Shown one piece after another: positions 17,014 to 28,010 of a stretch of DNA of 44,573 nucleotides; positions within the stretch are counted from its first letter, which is position 1, and every line of letters begins with the position of its first letter. The notes under the pieces were generated by a model. It made no database searches. It was not told the origin of the DNA and worked only from the letters and a program-made list of their open reading frames with translations. The stretch is taken from UHGV virus genome UHGV-0024513, one strand, 5' to 3'. This stretch comes from a virus. The translations under genes were made by a program, and so were the position numbers.

Positions 17014-17258
17014 GTATGGGTGGTGTAGTAGATGCGATTTTTGGCGGCGGAAAGTCCTCTCCGTCTGTCGTCACATACGAGGCTGAACAGGCCCCGCGTG
17101 AGTCGGAACAGGAGGCCGTGGCTTCCGGTGTACGGGATGAAGAGCGGCGCAAGCTGCGGCAACGGCGGCTTATGGGCGGCACCATGCTTTCTTCCCCGCT
17201 CGGGCAATCTGGTGCCGTCTCAAGCACAGGTTCAAGTCTGCTCGGAAGGATAGGATAG
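17010..17258 (+). CDS. hypothetical small protein (82 aa)
   Basis: Coupled ORF. Confidence 0.35.
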   Translation: MSMGGVVDAIFGGGKSSPSVVTYEAEQAPRESEQEAVASGVRDEERRKLRQRRLMGGTMLSSPLGQSGAVSSTGSSLLGRIG

Positions 17259-17259
17259 T

Positions 17260-18912
17260 ATGGCCGTCGATATGAAGGAACTCAAGGCTCTCGTCTCGCA
17301 CCTTGAGGGGCTGCGGGAAAAGCGCCTAGCGCAACAGCTTGAAATCGGCAAGCTGATCCTTCCCTCTCGCGGTCTGTTCAAAGGCGAAGAAACGGAATGC
17401 TTGCGCGACGCCAATCTTTTCAATCCCGCAGCGCAAAGGGCTCTCCGAAAGGCCGCCGCCGGGATGACGCAAGCTATCACGCCCTCATCCAATCCGTGGT
17501 TCCGACATGCGTTTCTTTCCCGCGATGACAGGGAAGTGACATACGCCAACGAGTTTATTGACGCCGTCGATTCCCGCATTCGCTCCGTGCTGTCAGAAGG
17601 GGGTTTTTATCAGGCTATCCACTCCTTCAATAAAGAACTTTTGGGATTCGGGTGTGCTCTGATCTGCTGCGAGGAATCTCTAAAAACCGTGACGCGTTTC
17701 TTTTGCCAGACTTGCGGCACCTATGCCGTGGCGTTGGATGCCGACAGGATGTTGTCGTGTGTTGTGCGTCGTCTGAGGATGACTCCAACAGAAATGAAAG
17801 AGCGCTTCGGTGAAGACAATCTTTCGTCTGTAACGCGGGAACTGCTCAAGACGAAACCGTATGGGCCCGTCGAAGTCGTGCATGTCGTGCGGAAGCGTGA
17901 TGACGGTGATGTACGCAAGAAAGACTCCCGGAATATGCCTTTTGCCTCGTATTGGTACGAGGAAAACGGGGAAGGTCTGCTCAATGAAAGCGGGGTCCGT
18001 TCCATGCCGTTTTTTTTCACGACATGGGAAGATGCACGAGGCATTTACGGAACCGGGCCCGGGGACGATGCGCTGGCCGATCAGAAAGGTATTGAAGCGT
18101 GGGAACGGCGTAAGGCAGTAGGCATCGAGAAGATGATCGATCCTCCGCTGCTGGCTCCCGGAACGTTGAAGCGACATGTACGGGCTGCTCCGGGCGAAAC
18201 GATTTCTGACACGGCTTTCGGACAGAGCAACGGCCTCCGGCCTCTTTATGAGGTCAATTTCGGTACGGCCGTTCAGTATGTGCAGGAAGAGATCAACCAG
18301 ATCTCCATGCGGCTTGAAGACGTGATGATGGCGAACATCTTTGCCAACATGTCTTTGGAGACGCGCCCGGCAGGTATGACGATGACCGAGTACATGGATC
18401 GCCGTCGCCGTTCCGCTGAGCTCATGGGCCCCACGGTTTCAAGCTATGAGCCGCGTGTGCTCAATCCGCTGATCGAGCGTGTGTACATGCTGCTTGATGA
18501 GGCCGGGCTTCTTCCTCCCCCTCCGGACGGACTTTCCGAATGGGCGACGCTTGACGTGTCATACCAGTCGCCTATGGCGCAAATGCTTGAGCAGTCGGGG
18601 GCCGTGGCTACGGCTCAGTTCATGGAACAGATAGCGCCGCTCGTGCAGATTGTTCCCGCTATTATGGACAAGATTAACACCGACCAGATGATTGACGAGC
18701 TCGCGCCGCGTATGGGCGTTCCGGCTTCCATCATCAACTCGGATGAGCAAACCACGGCTATCCGGCAACAGCGGGCAGAGGCGCAGGCGGCACAGCAAGC
18801 GCAGGCTGCGGCACTGATGGAGGCTGAACAGGCTGCGAAACTTGGAAACGTCAAGACACAAGGGACGGTAGCCGGGGCTGTCTTGGGTGCTGAACAGGGG
18901 GCCGTGCAGTGA
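17260..18912 (+). CDS. portal (head-to-tail connector) protein
   Basis: 550 aa, lying downstream of the terminase. Q/A-rich C-terminal tail. Called by position and size. Confidence 0.6.
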   Translation: MAVDMKELKALVSHLEGLREKRLAQQLEIGKLILPSRGLFKGEETECLRDANLFNPAAQRALRKAAAGMTQAITPSSNPWFRHAFLSRDDREVTYANEFIDAVDSRIRSVLSEGGFYQAIHSFNKELLGFGCALICCEESLKTVTRFFCQTCGTYAVALDADRMLSCVVRRLRMTPTEMKERFGEDNLSSVTRELLKTKPYGPVEVVHVVRKRDDGDVRKKDSRNMPFASYWYEENGEGLLNESGVRSMPFFFTTWEDARGIYGTGPGDDALADQKGIEAWERRKAVGIEKMIDPPLLAPGTLKRHVRAAPGETISDTAFGQSNGLRPLYEVNFGTAVQYVQEEINQISMRLEDVMMANIFANMSLETRPAGMTMTEYMDRRRRSAELMGPTVSSYEPRVLNPLIERVYMLLDEAGLLPPPPDGLSEWATLDVSYQSPMAQMLEQSGAVATAQFMEQIAPLVQIVPAIMDKINTDQMIDELAPRMGVPASIINSDEQTTAIRQQRAEAQAAQQAQAAALMEAEQAAKLGNVKTQGTVAGAVLGAEQGAVQ

Positions 18913-19172
18913 CAATGCAGATGCGGGAAGAGGCGGAAGCCGAACGGATGGCGCAGGATGAGCAGGAGCGCCGGGACTGGTTCGAGATGATGCAGAGTGA
19001 GGCCGCGTTTCGGGTGTTCCTCGGGCTGCTCGATGAAATGGGCGCAAATCGGGTGATGGTGACAGAGAACGACATGCGGATGCGCAACATGGCAGATCAA
19101 ATTCTCGACCGGATCGCAAAAGCAAATCCCAATGCCTACGTCCGGTTGATGTTGGCATTGAAAAATATTTAG
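18909..19172 (+). CDS. hypothetical small head-assembly protein
   Basis: Coupled ORF. Confidence 0.35.
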   Translation: MTMQMREEAEAERMAQDEQERRDWFEMMQSEAAFRVFLGLLDEMGANRVMVTENDMRMRNMADQILDRIAKANPNAYVRLMLALKNI

Positions 19173-19183
19173 GAGGTTTACAG

Positions 19184-19891
19184 ATGGATGATCCTATCGT
19201 TGGCGGACAGGAACAAGTTCAAGAACCTACGGGCGTGGTCGATGCGACTTCCGACAATGGCGGCGCGGATTCGGAAGCTCCGGCCAGTACTCCGGCTGGT
19301 ACGCAGGAAACTGTGCAGCCTTCCGATTGGCGAGCCAGCCTGCCGGAAGGATGGGCGGACAAGCTGAAAGACGTCGAAAGCGCCGATGACGCAATGAAGG
19401 CGCTTGAGCGCGGCCTTGGCTACAAGCCCGCTGAAAAAGCCGAAGACATCGAGCTCAAATATCCGGAAAGCTTCAAGGGGAAAGTCGACGAGGGCGTTGA
19501 GGCTGGTTTCCGTGACTTCTGCGTCAAACAGGGCATCACGCCGGGGCAGGCTCAGGCTTTGCTCGACTGGCAACTCGGCGCGGACAAGGAAATCAGGGAC
19601 AAGCTCATTGAAGACGGGACGAATACGTTGCGCGAAACGTGGGGTTCTCGGTTTGATGAAAATCGTGGCGCCGCGCTGAAAGCGTTCACGGCGCTGGATC
19701 GGCGTATGGGCGGGGAATTGTCCGGCACCGTATCTGGGCACGGCATGGCGAACGATCCGGTTTTCGTCCGGGCGTTCTATGAAATCGGAAAGCTGCTTTC
19801 CGAGGATACGCTTTCCGGCGGAAGCGGGGCGCCCGCCCCCGATACGGCTGAAAGCGCGAAAGACACATACAAGGACATGTTCAAGGGGTAA
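19184..19891 (+). CDS. scaffolding-like protein (acidic, low complexity)
   Basis: Called from its position between the portal and capsid genes and from its composition. Confidence 0.45.
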   Translation: MDDPIVGGQEQVQEPTGVVDATSDNGGADSEAPASTPAGTQETVQPSDWRASLPEGWADKLKDVESADDAMKALERGLGYKPAEKAEDIELKYPESFKGKVDEGVEAGFRDFCVKQGITPGQAQALLDWQLGADKEIRDKLIEDGTNTLRETWGSRFDENRGAALKAFTALDRRMGGELSGTVSGHGMANDPVFVRAFYEIGKLLSEDTLSGGSGAPAPDTAESAKDTYKDMFKG

Positions 19892-19894
19892 GTT

Positions 19895-20809
19895 ATGGCA
19901 GTGGCACAAACACTTCATGAAATCGCACTCGACAAGGCAAAGAAGCGCCCGGAACTGGTGGACTTCCTCACCGAAGAAGCTCCTATCCTCAAGATGCTGA
20001 AATGGATTCCGGCGACACACGGCCTCTGGAACGTGGAAGAGGTTTTGGATTCCATCCAAGGCGCAAGCTTCACGGACTTGGGCGCGCCTCTTCCGTCCAT
20101 GAAAGCGGAAACGCAGCTCCGGCAAACCAACGTCAATCTGCTCGGCGGAGAGGTGGAAGTCAGTAAGGATAAGGCTGCGCAATTCGGGGGGGCCGCAAAT
20201 TATTTCGCCCGCCGTGAAAATGCCTTTTACAAACAGGCTGGCATGGATACGGAGCTGGCGATCTGGCGTGATTACTGGCGCAAGGCGGCGCTCAAGAACA
20301 AGTTGATCACCAAATGCGGTGCAACGGCGAATGCCTATACCATCCTGATTGTTCGTTTCGATCAGGAAAACAACATCGGCATCTATGACCCTACGCAATT
20401 CAATCAAGGACGTTTGCTCAATCCTGAACCGCTTAATGGGGGTGCTCTTTACCATTTGCGCAGTCAGCCCGGAGTGTCCGGATACGGCGTAGAGTATCGC
20501 GGGCGTTTCGGTTGGCAGCTGCTCAATCCGGCTCGTGCCGTTCACGCTATTGTCAATGTTGATTCCGCAAACCTGCCCACGTTGAGCCAGATCGAGGATG
20601 CCATTGCTTCCGTACGTGGAACGGCGACGAATACATACATCTTCGGGCACCACAAGATCGTGCAGAAGACATTCAGCGCAATCAAGCAGGCTGACATCAT
20701 GTACGTCAACGGAGATAATAGCATTCAGACTATTATCGGTGCGATCAACGGCATCAAGATCATCGGATCCTACAACCTGCCTGACGGCACTGAAACCGCT
20801 GTGGCGTAA
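19895..20809 (+). CDS. major capsid protein (positional)
   Basis: 304 aa, lying after the scaffold. No fold-level motif was recognised. Confidence 0.45.
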   Translation: MAVAQTLHEIALDKAKKRPELVDFLTEEAPILKMLKWIPATHGLWNVEEVLDSIQGASFTDLGAPLPSMKAETQLRQTNVNLLGGEVEVSKDKAAQFGGAANYFARRENAFYKQAGMDTELAIWRDYWRKAALKNKLITKCGATANAYTILIVRFDQENNIGIYDPTQFNQGRLLNPEPLNGGALYHLRSQPGVSGYGVEYRGRFGWQLLNPARAVHAIVNVDSANLPTLSQIEDAIASVRGTATNTYIFGHHKIVQKTFSAIKQADIMYVNGDNSIQTIIGAINGIKIIGSYNLPDGTETAVA

Positions 20810-20820
20810 GGGGAAAGCAT

Positions 20821-21234
20821 ATGGCTTTTGAATTCGGTTCTGAAAATCGCTGGCATGACCAGTATTTCGGCAAAGACGTGACCATTCCCTCAACAACAAG
20901 CACGGTGTGCGACACGCCTCTGGCTGTAGGCCAGCATCACGGGGCGCTTGCCGTGACCATCGCCGCCAAAGGCGCTGTGAGCATCCCCTCCACGAAAAAG
21001 CTTACCGTGACGATTCAGGGGGCGGATACGGAAGACGGCTCTTTTGCCGATATCCCCGGGGCCCCCGAAATGAGCGTGAGCGGGGGGGCTAGTGCTGCAA
21101 CCGCTTTTGCTGACGGCGACATCATCGGAAAGCTGGTGCTTCCGGATATGCAGCGGTACGCCAAGATCAAACTGACGACTGACGGCGCGGCAACCGGAAA
21201 GGTCGACGTGTTCCTGTCTTACCTTGCCCGATAA
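20821..21234 (+). CDS. hypothetical virion protein (137 aa)
   Basis: ORF with its own RBS. Confidence 0.4.
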   Translation: MAFEFGSENRWHDQYFGKDVTIPSTTSTVCDTPLAVGQHHGALAVTIAAKGAVSIPSTKKLTVTIQGADTEDGSFADIPGAPEMSVSGGASAATAFADGDIIGKLVLPDMQRYAKIKLTTDGAATGKVDVFLSYLAR

Positions 21235-21291
21235 GTGCAGGGGGCTCATGCCCCCTTCACTTCTTCATTCATTGCCATTTCCGAGACAGCC

Positions 21292-24261
21292 ATGATTACG
21301 AGAAAACAGACGGTCAAAAAATATACGGTCACTGCGGGCGTTCTCAACTATAATATCCCGTTCCCGATTTATGAATCTGGAGACGTTCTCGTTGTCTGGT
21401 CGAATAATGAAGGTTTTGATGAGCACACGCTGATTTTGGGTTCTGATTATGGCGTAACGATAAACAGTGCTGGAGATGGTGGCACGGTGACGCTGAAATC
21501 AGATCGTGTTCCAATTGGTGCGATTCTGGCAGTCGTCTCAAATATTCCTGAGACGCAAGAACTTTCCCTATCGCACACGGCAGAAGTGGATACAAAGTCC
21601 ACAGAAAAAGAATTGGATCGCCAAGTCCAGATGATCCAGCAGCTCAGTGATGCACTGGAGCGCTGTGTCAAAGTAGGTGTAACCAGTGGATTGACGCCTG
21701 ATGAAATGCTTAAAGCCATTTTTAAGGCGTATCATGATATTTTGGAATCTCTTGCAGAAACCGGAAGCATTACCGGAGCAATCCCTGTTGTTTCCACAGG
21801 AACACTCATTCCACGCCCGTTAAAAGATCGCTTTGCTGATGTGGTCGACGTTCGTGATTTTGGGGCAAAGCCTGATTTCAACCAAAATACAAAAACAGGC
21901 ACAGACAACTTAAAATATATTCAAGACGCGATATACTTTTGTGCAGCTAACAATAAACGACTGCGCATCGCGGGTGGCAAATATGGGTGTTGGAACAGCG
22001 GCAGCAAGCGGGTCCTTTCCAACGCTGCGAGCACGTTTGACGGGCAGTATCTCGGAGGCCTCGATATTCCTTCGGGTACCGTCATTGAGTGGGCTGATGA
22101 TTCTTGGCTGGTACAGATGCAACCATCATACGCCGGGGCGTTTCTGAGCAACATCAACCGTCCTATCTGGATGGATGATACCAGCTCTGTCGACTGGTCC
22201 ACGGACGGCGCTATTTTGATCAATCCTCGCATTGACGGTTCGTACATGCCGCTTTTCACTGATCTGACGCTTTCTCAGGAAATGATAGAGCCATGTAACG
22301 ACAACGGCATAGGATTTGCTGGACATAAGAGAACAGTAGGAGGCTCTGATTCAGATTCTATTTTTGATATTGCCCAAAATATTTTTATCTTGGGCGGGCA
22401 TATTAAAGGATATAGGGATATCAACGGGCTTGGCGGCAAGGGCATTGCTCTGGAACGAGGTGGAAACAATTTAAGGGCGATTGGCACACGCATTGATGAT
22501 TGCTGTTATGCAACCTCTATAATTTTTGAAACTACGGGTGTAAAAACAACCAACGATATATCTTTTTCAGCTATCGATGTCAGGCGATGCGGCTTCGCAG
22601 CCATGATAAACGGACAGGACGCCTTATCTGGCGGAGCCGTCGCAGATCCTCAGCAGGCTTCTGTACACTGGCAGGGCACGGCATGGTGCTGTGGACACCA
22701 TCCCGATTTTTCTACGCTCAAGACGTCACATTATCGACGTCACTACAAGCACGGCGTGGTGCTTTTGTATGCTGCAACTGGGGCATACGTGGATATCGTC
22801 GTTAATAACCCTGCGGGATTCCCGAACTCCACATACCCTTGCGGCGGGACTCGTTGTCCTTCGTCTTATCCTACTTTTGACCCAAATGCCGTGATCGGCA
22901 CAGATGCATATTATGAGTCCATGATGCGCGGGGCGGGCTTGTCCGGCACTATCGGTAGTCTCGTTGGTGGATGGGGCAACAGTTGCGTCGTTCGTGGGGT
23001 GTTGAACGGCGATTGTGATGATCTATGGAATGTGAATCCCGGCGTTAATTATGGAAACATCAACCGTCCCACAAATGCACACAATATGTCTCTTGATTTG
23101 AAAAGCAATGGAAGTGTGCAGACAATATTTCGTAATGATATTACAGCTCCGACTCTGACTATTTCAACTATTTCAGAAGATCGAAAGACTATCACGCTTA
23201 CTGAAAACGCGAACCTCGCAGACCGGGACAGCGATCTCATCGGTGAGCATTTACAGATTGAAGGTGCCTATTACCCTGTCATAAAATATGTGGCATCTAC
23301 GCGAACGGTCACGCTTAGTTCCGTGCTTGCCTCCACTGTCGTCACCGGAAATCAAGTATATATCATCTCTTCATTCTCGGCTTCAGGGACAAACATGACC
23401 GGGATGATCAAAGCTGAATGCCGGAACGTGACTCAATACCTCACGCCGTTTTGGTCAGCTAGCCTTACTCAGCTTTATGCCGATATCACAACGCTATCGG
23501 GTGAAAATCAGTGCCGCGTGTTATCCCCGATCCCGATGTACGCGAATGGAAGACTCACCGGATCGGCTTACGGCTTGGCAAATGGTGGCGTTTCGCTCGG
23601 CAATCCTTTCTGTATATCGCTTGATGCTGAAAAACTCACGTCAGGACGTACCGGAACGCTTGAGATCGCTGCACCAACAAAAATAAGTGGGAATCTAATC
23701 CCAACCACGGACAACGCCTATGCACTCGGAATCGGTCAAAATCGCTGGACACAAGTATTTGCGGCATCTGCAACAATCAACACGTCGGACGAACGTGAAA
23801 AGCAGCAAATAGCAGATATTCCCGACGCTGTGTTCCGCGCGTGGGGCAAGGTGGCCTTCCGCCAGTTTCTTTTCAACGATGCAGTTGAAAAAAAAGGAGA
23901 TGCAGCCCGTCTGCATATTGGCGTCATCGCACAACAAGTTGCCGAAGCCTTTGCATCGGAAGGGTTGGACGCAATGCGATATGGGCTTCTCTGTTATGAC
24001 GAATGGCCTGAACAGCAAGAAGTTTCGCATATAGAACAAATAGTTGTATCGGAAGGCGTACAGGACGCTGATGGGAACTATATCACCCCTCCTATGTATG
24101 AAGACAAGGTGATTGTCGAGCAGGAATACAGACCAGCCGGGGGGCGCTACGGCATTCGATACGAAGAAGCTCTTGCGTTGGAGTGTGCATACCAACGGTG
24201 GCTTGGGGAGAAGATGGATGCCCGGCTTACAGCTCTTGAATTAAAGGATGGTGTGGAATGA
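21292..24261 (+). CDS. tail fibre/tailspike: T7 gp17-like N-terminal adaptor domain, beta-helix middle, C-terminal peptidase S74 intramolecular chaperone domain
   Basis: NIPFPIY matches T7 gp17 NIPFEY. The C-terminus TSDEREKQQIADIP...GVIAQQV resembles the S74 chaperone domain. Confidence 0.65.
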   Translation: MITRKQTVKKYTVTAGVLNYNIPFPIYESGDVLVVWSNNEGFDEHTLILGSDYGVTINSAGDGGTVTLKSDRVPIGAILAVVSNIPETQELSLSHTAEVDTKSTEKELDRQVQMIQQLSDALERCVKVGVTSGLTPDEMLKAIFKAYHDILESLAETGSITGAIPVVSTGTLIPRPLKDRFADVVDVRDFGAKPDFNQNTKTGTDNLKYIQDAIYFCAANNKRLRIAGGKYGCWNSGSKRVLSNAASTFDGQYLGGLDIPSGTVIEWADDSWLVQMQPSYAGAFLSNINRPIWMDDTSSVDWSTDGAILINPRIDGSYMPLFTDLTLSQEMIEPCNDNGIGFAGHKRTVGGSDSDSIFDIAQNIFILGGHIKGYRDINGLGGKGIALERGGNNLRAIGTRIDDCCYATSIIFETTGVKTTNDISFSAIDVRRCGFAAMINGQDALSGGAVADPQQASVHWQGTAWCCGHHPDFSTLKTSHYRRHYKHGVVLLYAATGAYVDIVVNNPAGFPNSTYPCGGTRCPSSYPTFDPNAVIGTDAYYESMMRGAGLSGTIGSLVGGWGNSCVVRGVLNGDCDDLWNVNPGVNYGNINRPTNAHNMSLDLKSNGSVQTIFRNDITAPTLTISTISEDRKTITLTENANLADRDSDLIGEHLQIEGAYYPVIKYVASTRTVTLSSVLASTVVTGNQVYIISSFSASGTNMTGMIKAECRNVTQYLTPFWSASLTQLYADITTLSGENQCRVLSPIPMYANGRLTGSAYGLANGGVSLGNPFCISLDAEKLTSGRTGTLEIAAPTKISGNLIPTTDNAYALGIGQNRWTQVFAASATINTSDEREKQQIADIPDAVFRAWGKVAFRQFLFNDAVEKKGDAARLHIGVIAQQVAEAFASEGLDAMRYGLLCYDEWPEQQEVSHIEQIVVSEGVQDADGNYITPPMYEDKVIVEQEYRPAGGRYGIRYEEALALECAYQRWLGEKMDARLTALELKDGVE

Positions 24262-24866
24262 GCCAGAACCGTACAACGATTATTAATACTGCACTGATGC
24301 GCATCGGGGCGCAGGGCGTGAATCTGGCGTTTCAGGATACCCCCGGAGCGCAGGTTGCGGAAGCGGCCTATGACCGGAGCCTTGAATTCTGCCTTTCTCT
24401 GTATCCTTGGACTTTCGCGCTTCGGTATGCGGTGCTGGCTCAGTCCGCAGATGACCCCCCTTTCGGCTACCGATATGCGTATCATCTCCCCGGCGACTGT
24501 ATGCGCGTTCTGGATGTGCGGCGGCATGGCGACGCCGGAGAGGTGCCGTCATGGGCATATCGGCATTCGGGGCCTCGTTACAGCATTGTCGGGCAGGAAA
24601 TTTATACCGACGCGGACAGCCTCGCGCTCAGGTACGTGAGCAATGATCGGGAAATGGCTGTCAGCGAGGCGTTTGCCGATGCCCTCGCGTGGAAAATCGC
24701 CTTCGAGATCTCTCAGTACGTTTCGCAAGGCGCATCCAATGCTCAAAACTACTTTCAGCTTTTCGAACAGGCCATTGACCGGGCGAAAGTAGAAGCCGGC
24801 GCACAGGAAGACCCGGTACGCGAGGAATGGCCTTCACGCTTTCTTAAGGAACGGTGGGTAAACTGA
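24258..24866 (+). CDS. tail tubular protein A (T7 gp11-like adaptor)
   Basis: Size and N-terminal pattern resemble gp11. It precedes the gp12-like gene. Confidence 0.5.
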   Translation: MSQNRTTIINTALMRIGAQGVNLAFQDTPGAQVAEAAYDRSLEFCLSLYPWTFALRYAVLAQSADDPPFGYRYAYHLPGDCMRVLDVRRHGDAGEVPSWAYRHSGPRYSIVGQEIYTDADSLALRYVSNDREMAVSEAFADALAWKIAFEISQYVSQGASNAQNYFQLFEQAIDRAKVEAGAQEDPVREEWPSRFLKERWVN

Positions 24867-27373
24867 TGCCTATTTTCCATACCCAAAATGTCCTGAATGG
24901 CGGCGAGATTTCTCCTTTGCTTCGAGGTCGTGTGGATCAGCCGCGCTACAACACGGGAACCCGCGAAACCCTGAACTTTGTCCCGATGCCTCAAGGTGGA
25001 GCAACTCGCAGGCCGGGCACCAGATATCTGGGCACAGCGAAGAGTCAAACTTCACGGCTGATCCCTTTTGTGTTCAGTGAGACGCAGGGACGGATACTCG
25101 AATTCGGTGATAAGACGATGCGGGTATGGCTGCCTGATGGAAAACTCGTTTCTTCCGGTTCCGAACCGTATGTTGTGTCTACTCCGTTCGCCGCGTCCGA
25201 TCTGCGGTCTGTACGGTTCGCACAGTCTGCTGACGTGATTTACTTCGCTCATCTGTCGTATCCACCGTGTAAGCTCTCTCGGTATTCCGATAATGATTGG
25301 AGATGGGAGACGCTCACATTCATGCCGTCTATCGCAGCCCCGCAAACGCCAGCATTACAGATTTTGGACAAGCGTGCTGATGATGACAAACCGAAAAATC
25401 CGAGCAGGACGGATTACAGCTATCTCGTCACGGCCATTGATGGAGAAACCGGAGAAGAATCTTCCGCATCTCCTGCCGCGACGATTGAAGCCGAGGCACT
25501 GAACAGTGTCGATTATCACATCCGCATAACATGGCCTGCCGTATCCGGGGCCAGCGAATACCGCATCTACAAAAAGAAGACTGGGGTTTTCGGATTCATC
25601 GGGCGGGCAAGCAAAGACGATACAACTACCGCAACCACGACGCTCCAAGGGATTGATATCGGTGGGTATCGGTTTTCTCGGACGGCAGACGATCTGTACG
25701 TCTCAGTCCTGACCCAATCTGTCGAAAACCCTGACGGAACAACAACGACAGTTGTTACCGGGGTCAAGGTTGGGAAAACTGGCGTTTTTGTTCCACAGAC
25801 TTATCCGGCATGGTACAATGCCTCGTTGCAAAAGCTCTTCGTTTATCACGGAAAGGATGAGCAGGGAGTCCCCGTAGGCTGGATCGGAGTCGATAACGTT
25901 CCTTCGGGATATGAGGGAGAGTACGGAAGCTTCACAAGCTATACAGGATTCGGTCAGAATTCGGAGTACCCTCAAGGATTTCAAGGAGACATTCAGGCGA
26001 ATCCGGTCTTTTCTTATACTTACGCGCAATACTATGACGACAAGAACATCGGCGCGGATACCGAAGACACGCCGATAGAGCACAAGAATCCTTTTGAGGG
26101 CTCAGAAAACTATCCTTCACAGGTCTTTTTCCATCAACAACGCCTTGGCTTTGCGGCTACGGCAAACAGGCCGATCACCATCTGGTTGTCCCGTACCGGA
26201 GATTTTGAAAGCATGGCCTCTTCGGTGCCCCCGAAAGATGATGATGCGATTGAAGTAACCCTTGCCGCTACACAGGCGAATCGGATTGTGTGGCTCCAGC
26301 CTGACCGCAACGCTCTTGCTTTCGGGACAGAAGGAAGCGAGTGGACGCTGCAATCTTCGGAGGGCGTGGTGCTCACGCCGTCAACCGTCTCTTTCCAGCT
26401 CCAGACAACGAACGGTGGAGAAGGGACAGTATCGGCGCTGTCCGTTGGCGGCGGGGTTCTGTATGTGCAGCGCGGGTCAGGGGCAGTACGCGAGTTCGCC
26501 TACAACTACAGCGCGGACAAGTACCTCGGGCAGGATTTGACCCTCCTTGCCCGGCATATCATCAAGGATCGGGACATCACGGCATGGGCGTACCAGCAAG
26601 AGCCGTACAGCACGCTCTGGTGCGTTCTTTCCGACGGTACGTTTGCTGGTTTGACATACATGAAGGAACAGGACGTCATCGGCTGGCATCGGCATACAAC
26701 TGACGGGAGTATACTTGACGCTACCGTCATCCCGGGGACGCCTGATGATCAGGTTTGGTTCCTCGTGCGGCGGCCGGTCGGCGTCTTTGTCGAACGGCTG
26801 GAATCCTTTTTTGACAGCGACAACCTTGATGATGCCTTTTTCCTTGACTCGTCATTGCACTACAGCGGCGAGGCTGCGGATATGTTCAGCGGGCTTGGAC
26901 ATCTTTCCGGCCGCACCGTGCAAGTCTTTGCGGACGGCGGCACGATTGATGGATTGACCGTAAGCGCGGGCGGGGAACTCAAGCTGAAAAACCCGGCGAA
27001 ATCCGTGCATATCGGCCTTCCGTATACTTCGCGGGTCATACCGAACTTGCCCGAAGTGCAGACACAACAGGGATGGACGCTCATGCACAACCGGAAGATT
27101 TCCGCCGTACGGGTCAGGACGTACCGGAGTATGTCGTTCCTTGCCGGAATTGCAGGGAATCTTTCCCCCATCGTGGACAGGCACATTAAGGGAGGGGCTT
27201 TCAGCGTGCGGCCATTTTTCAGCGACGGGACGGATCTGAACATGGAAACATGCGGCGGGTGGTCATCCGAATCCCCGCTTGTCTTTGAAGTAAGCAGCGC
27301 AACGCCGCTCACGATTCTGGCGATCGTCACGACGATGGATATTGCACCGTATGCCGGGGGAGGGATGCTGTAA
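24866..27373 (+). CDS. tail tubular protein B (T7 gp12-like nozzle)
   Basis: FFHQQRLGFAATANRPITIWLSRTGDF matches the T7 gp12 segment FFFRNRLGFLSGENIILSRT. N-terminus is MPIFHTQNVLNGGEIS. Confidence 0.65.
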   Translation: MPIFHTQNVLNGGEISPLLRGRVDQPRYNTGTRETLNFVPMPQGGATRRPGTRYLGTAKSQTSRLIPFVFSETQGRILEFGDKTMRVWLPDGKLVSSGSEPYVVSTPFAASDLRSVRFAQSADVIYFAHLSYPPCKLSRYSDNDWRWETLTFMPSIAAPQTPALQILDKRADDDKPKNPSRTDYSYLVTAIDGETGEESSASPAATIEAEALNSVDYHIRITWPAVSGASEYRIYKKKTGVFGFIGRASKDDTTTATTTLQGIDIGGYRFSRTADDLYVSVLTQSVENPDGTTTTVVTGVKVGKTGVFVPQTYPAWYNASLQKLFVYHGKDEQGVPVGWIGVDNVPSGYEGEYGSFTSYTGFGQNSEYPQGFQGDIQANPVFSYTYAQYYDDKNIGADTEDTPIEHKNPFEGSENYPSQVFFHQQRLGFAATANRPITIWLSRTGDFESMASSVPPKDDDAIEVTLAATQANRIVWLQPDRNALAFGTEGSEWTLQSSEGVVLTPSTVSFQLQTTNGGEGTVSALSVGGGVLYVQRGSGAVREFAYNYSADKYLGQDLTLLARHIIKDRDITAWAYQQEPYSTLWCVLSDGTFAGLTYMKEQDVIGWHRHTTDGSILDATVIPGTPDDQVWFLVRRPVGVFVERLESFFDSDNLDDAFFLDSSLHYSGEAADMFSGLGHLSGRTVQVFADGGTIDGLTVSAGGELKLKNPAKSVHIGLPYTSRVIPNLPEVQTQQGWTLMHNRKISAVRVRTYRSMSFLAGIAGNLSPIVDRHIKGGAFSVRPFFSDGTDLNMETCGGWSSESPLVFEVSSATPLTILAIVTTMDIAPYAGGGML

Positions 27374-28002
27374 TGGGATTCGATCCTTTGACTTTAGCGT
27401 TGGCTGCTGGCGGCCTTTCCGCCGTTCAGAGCCTCTCCAGCACGAACGCCGCCAACAAACAGGCGAGGTATCAGCAAGATGTGGCGGAAGCGAACGCGGC
27501 GGCCGCACGGAATCAGGCGAAGATCACGGCTGAGAAAGGGCGGATTGAAGGGGAAAACCTTGACCGGGAACGGTCTGCGCTCCGGCGGCAGTATGCGGAT
27601 TTGCAGTCCGGCAATATCGCTTCCCTTGGCGCGCTCGGCGTTGACATTTCCAGCGGTTCGGCTGCGGACACGCTGGAAGGCAATGCGCTGCGGTTCTCTC
27701 AGGATGTGGCACTGAATCGGTATCAGAAAGCCCTTTCCGAATGGGAAACGGGCGAGAACGTGAAGGCTCTTGAGGCAAACGCGGCGAACTATGACGCGGC
27801 GGCCAGCTACTACGGCTCGACGGTAAAGGGGCTTGGCAACTCGCTTCTGACTGCGGGCATCACCGGGCTGACCAGCGGAATCGGGGCTTATTCGATGGCC
27901 GGGGGATTCGGGGGAGCTAACCAGTGGGCAGGAAATACTTTTGCAAAGAGTGGGGCAAATAAAGTGATGCACGCTAACCAGTATGTTAAGCTTGGGCATT
28001 AG
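27373..28002 (+). CDS. internal virion (ejection) protein, gp13/gp14-like position
   Basis: Called by position after the tail-tube genes. Hydrophobic and Gly-rich segments. Confidence 0.35.
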   Translation: MGFDPLTLALAAGGLSAVQSLSSTNAANKQARYQQDVAEANAAAARNQAKITAEKGRIEGENLDRERSALRRQYADLQSGNIASLGALGVDISSGSAADTLEGNALRFSQDVALNRYQKALSEWETGENVKALEANAANYDAAASYYGSTVKGLGNSLLTAGITGLTSGIGAYSMAGGFGGANQWAGNTFAKSGANKVMHANQYVKLGH

Positions 28003-28010
28003 GGTAAGAC

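Noticed and set aside
19178-20899. 573-aa minus-strand ORF
   Set aside because: It runs antisense across the scaffold and capsid genes inside a coherent plus-strand operon. Its sequence is Arg/Cys/Leu-rich shadow.
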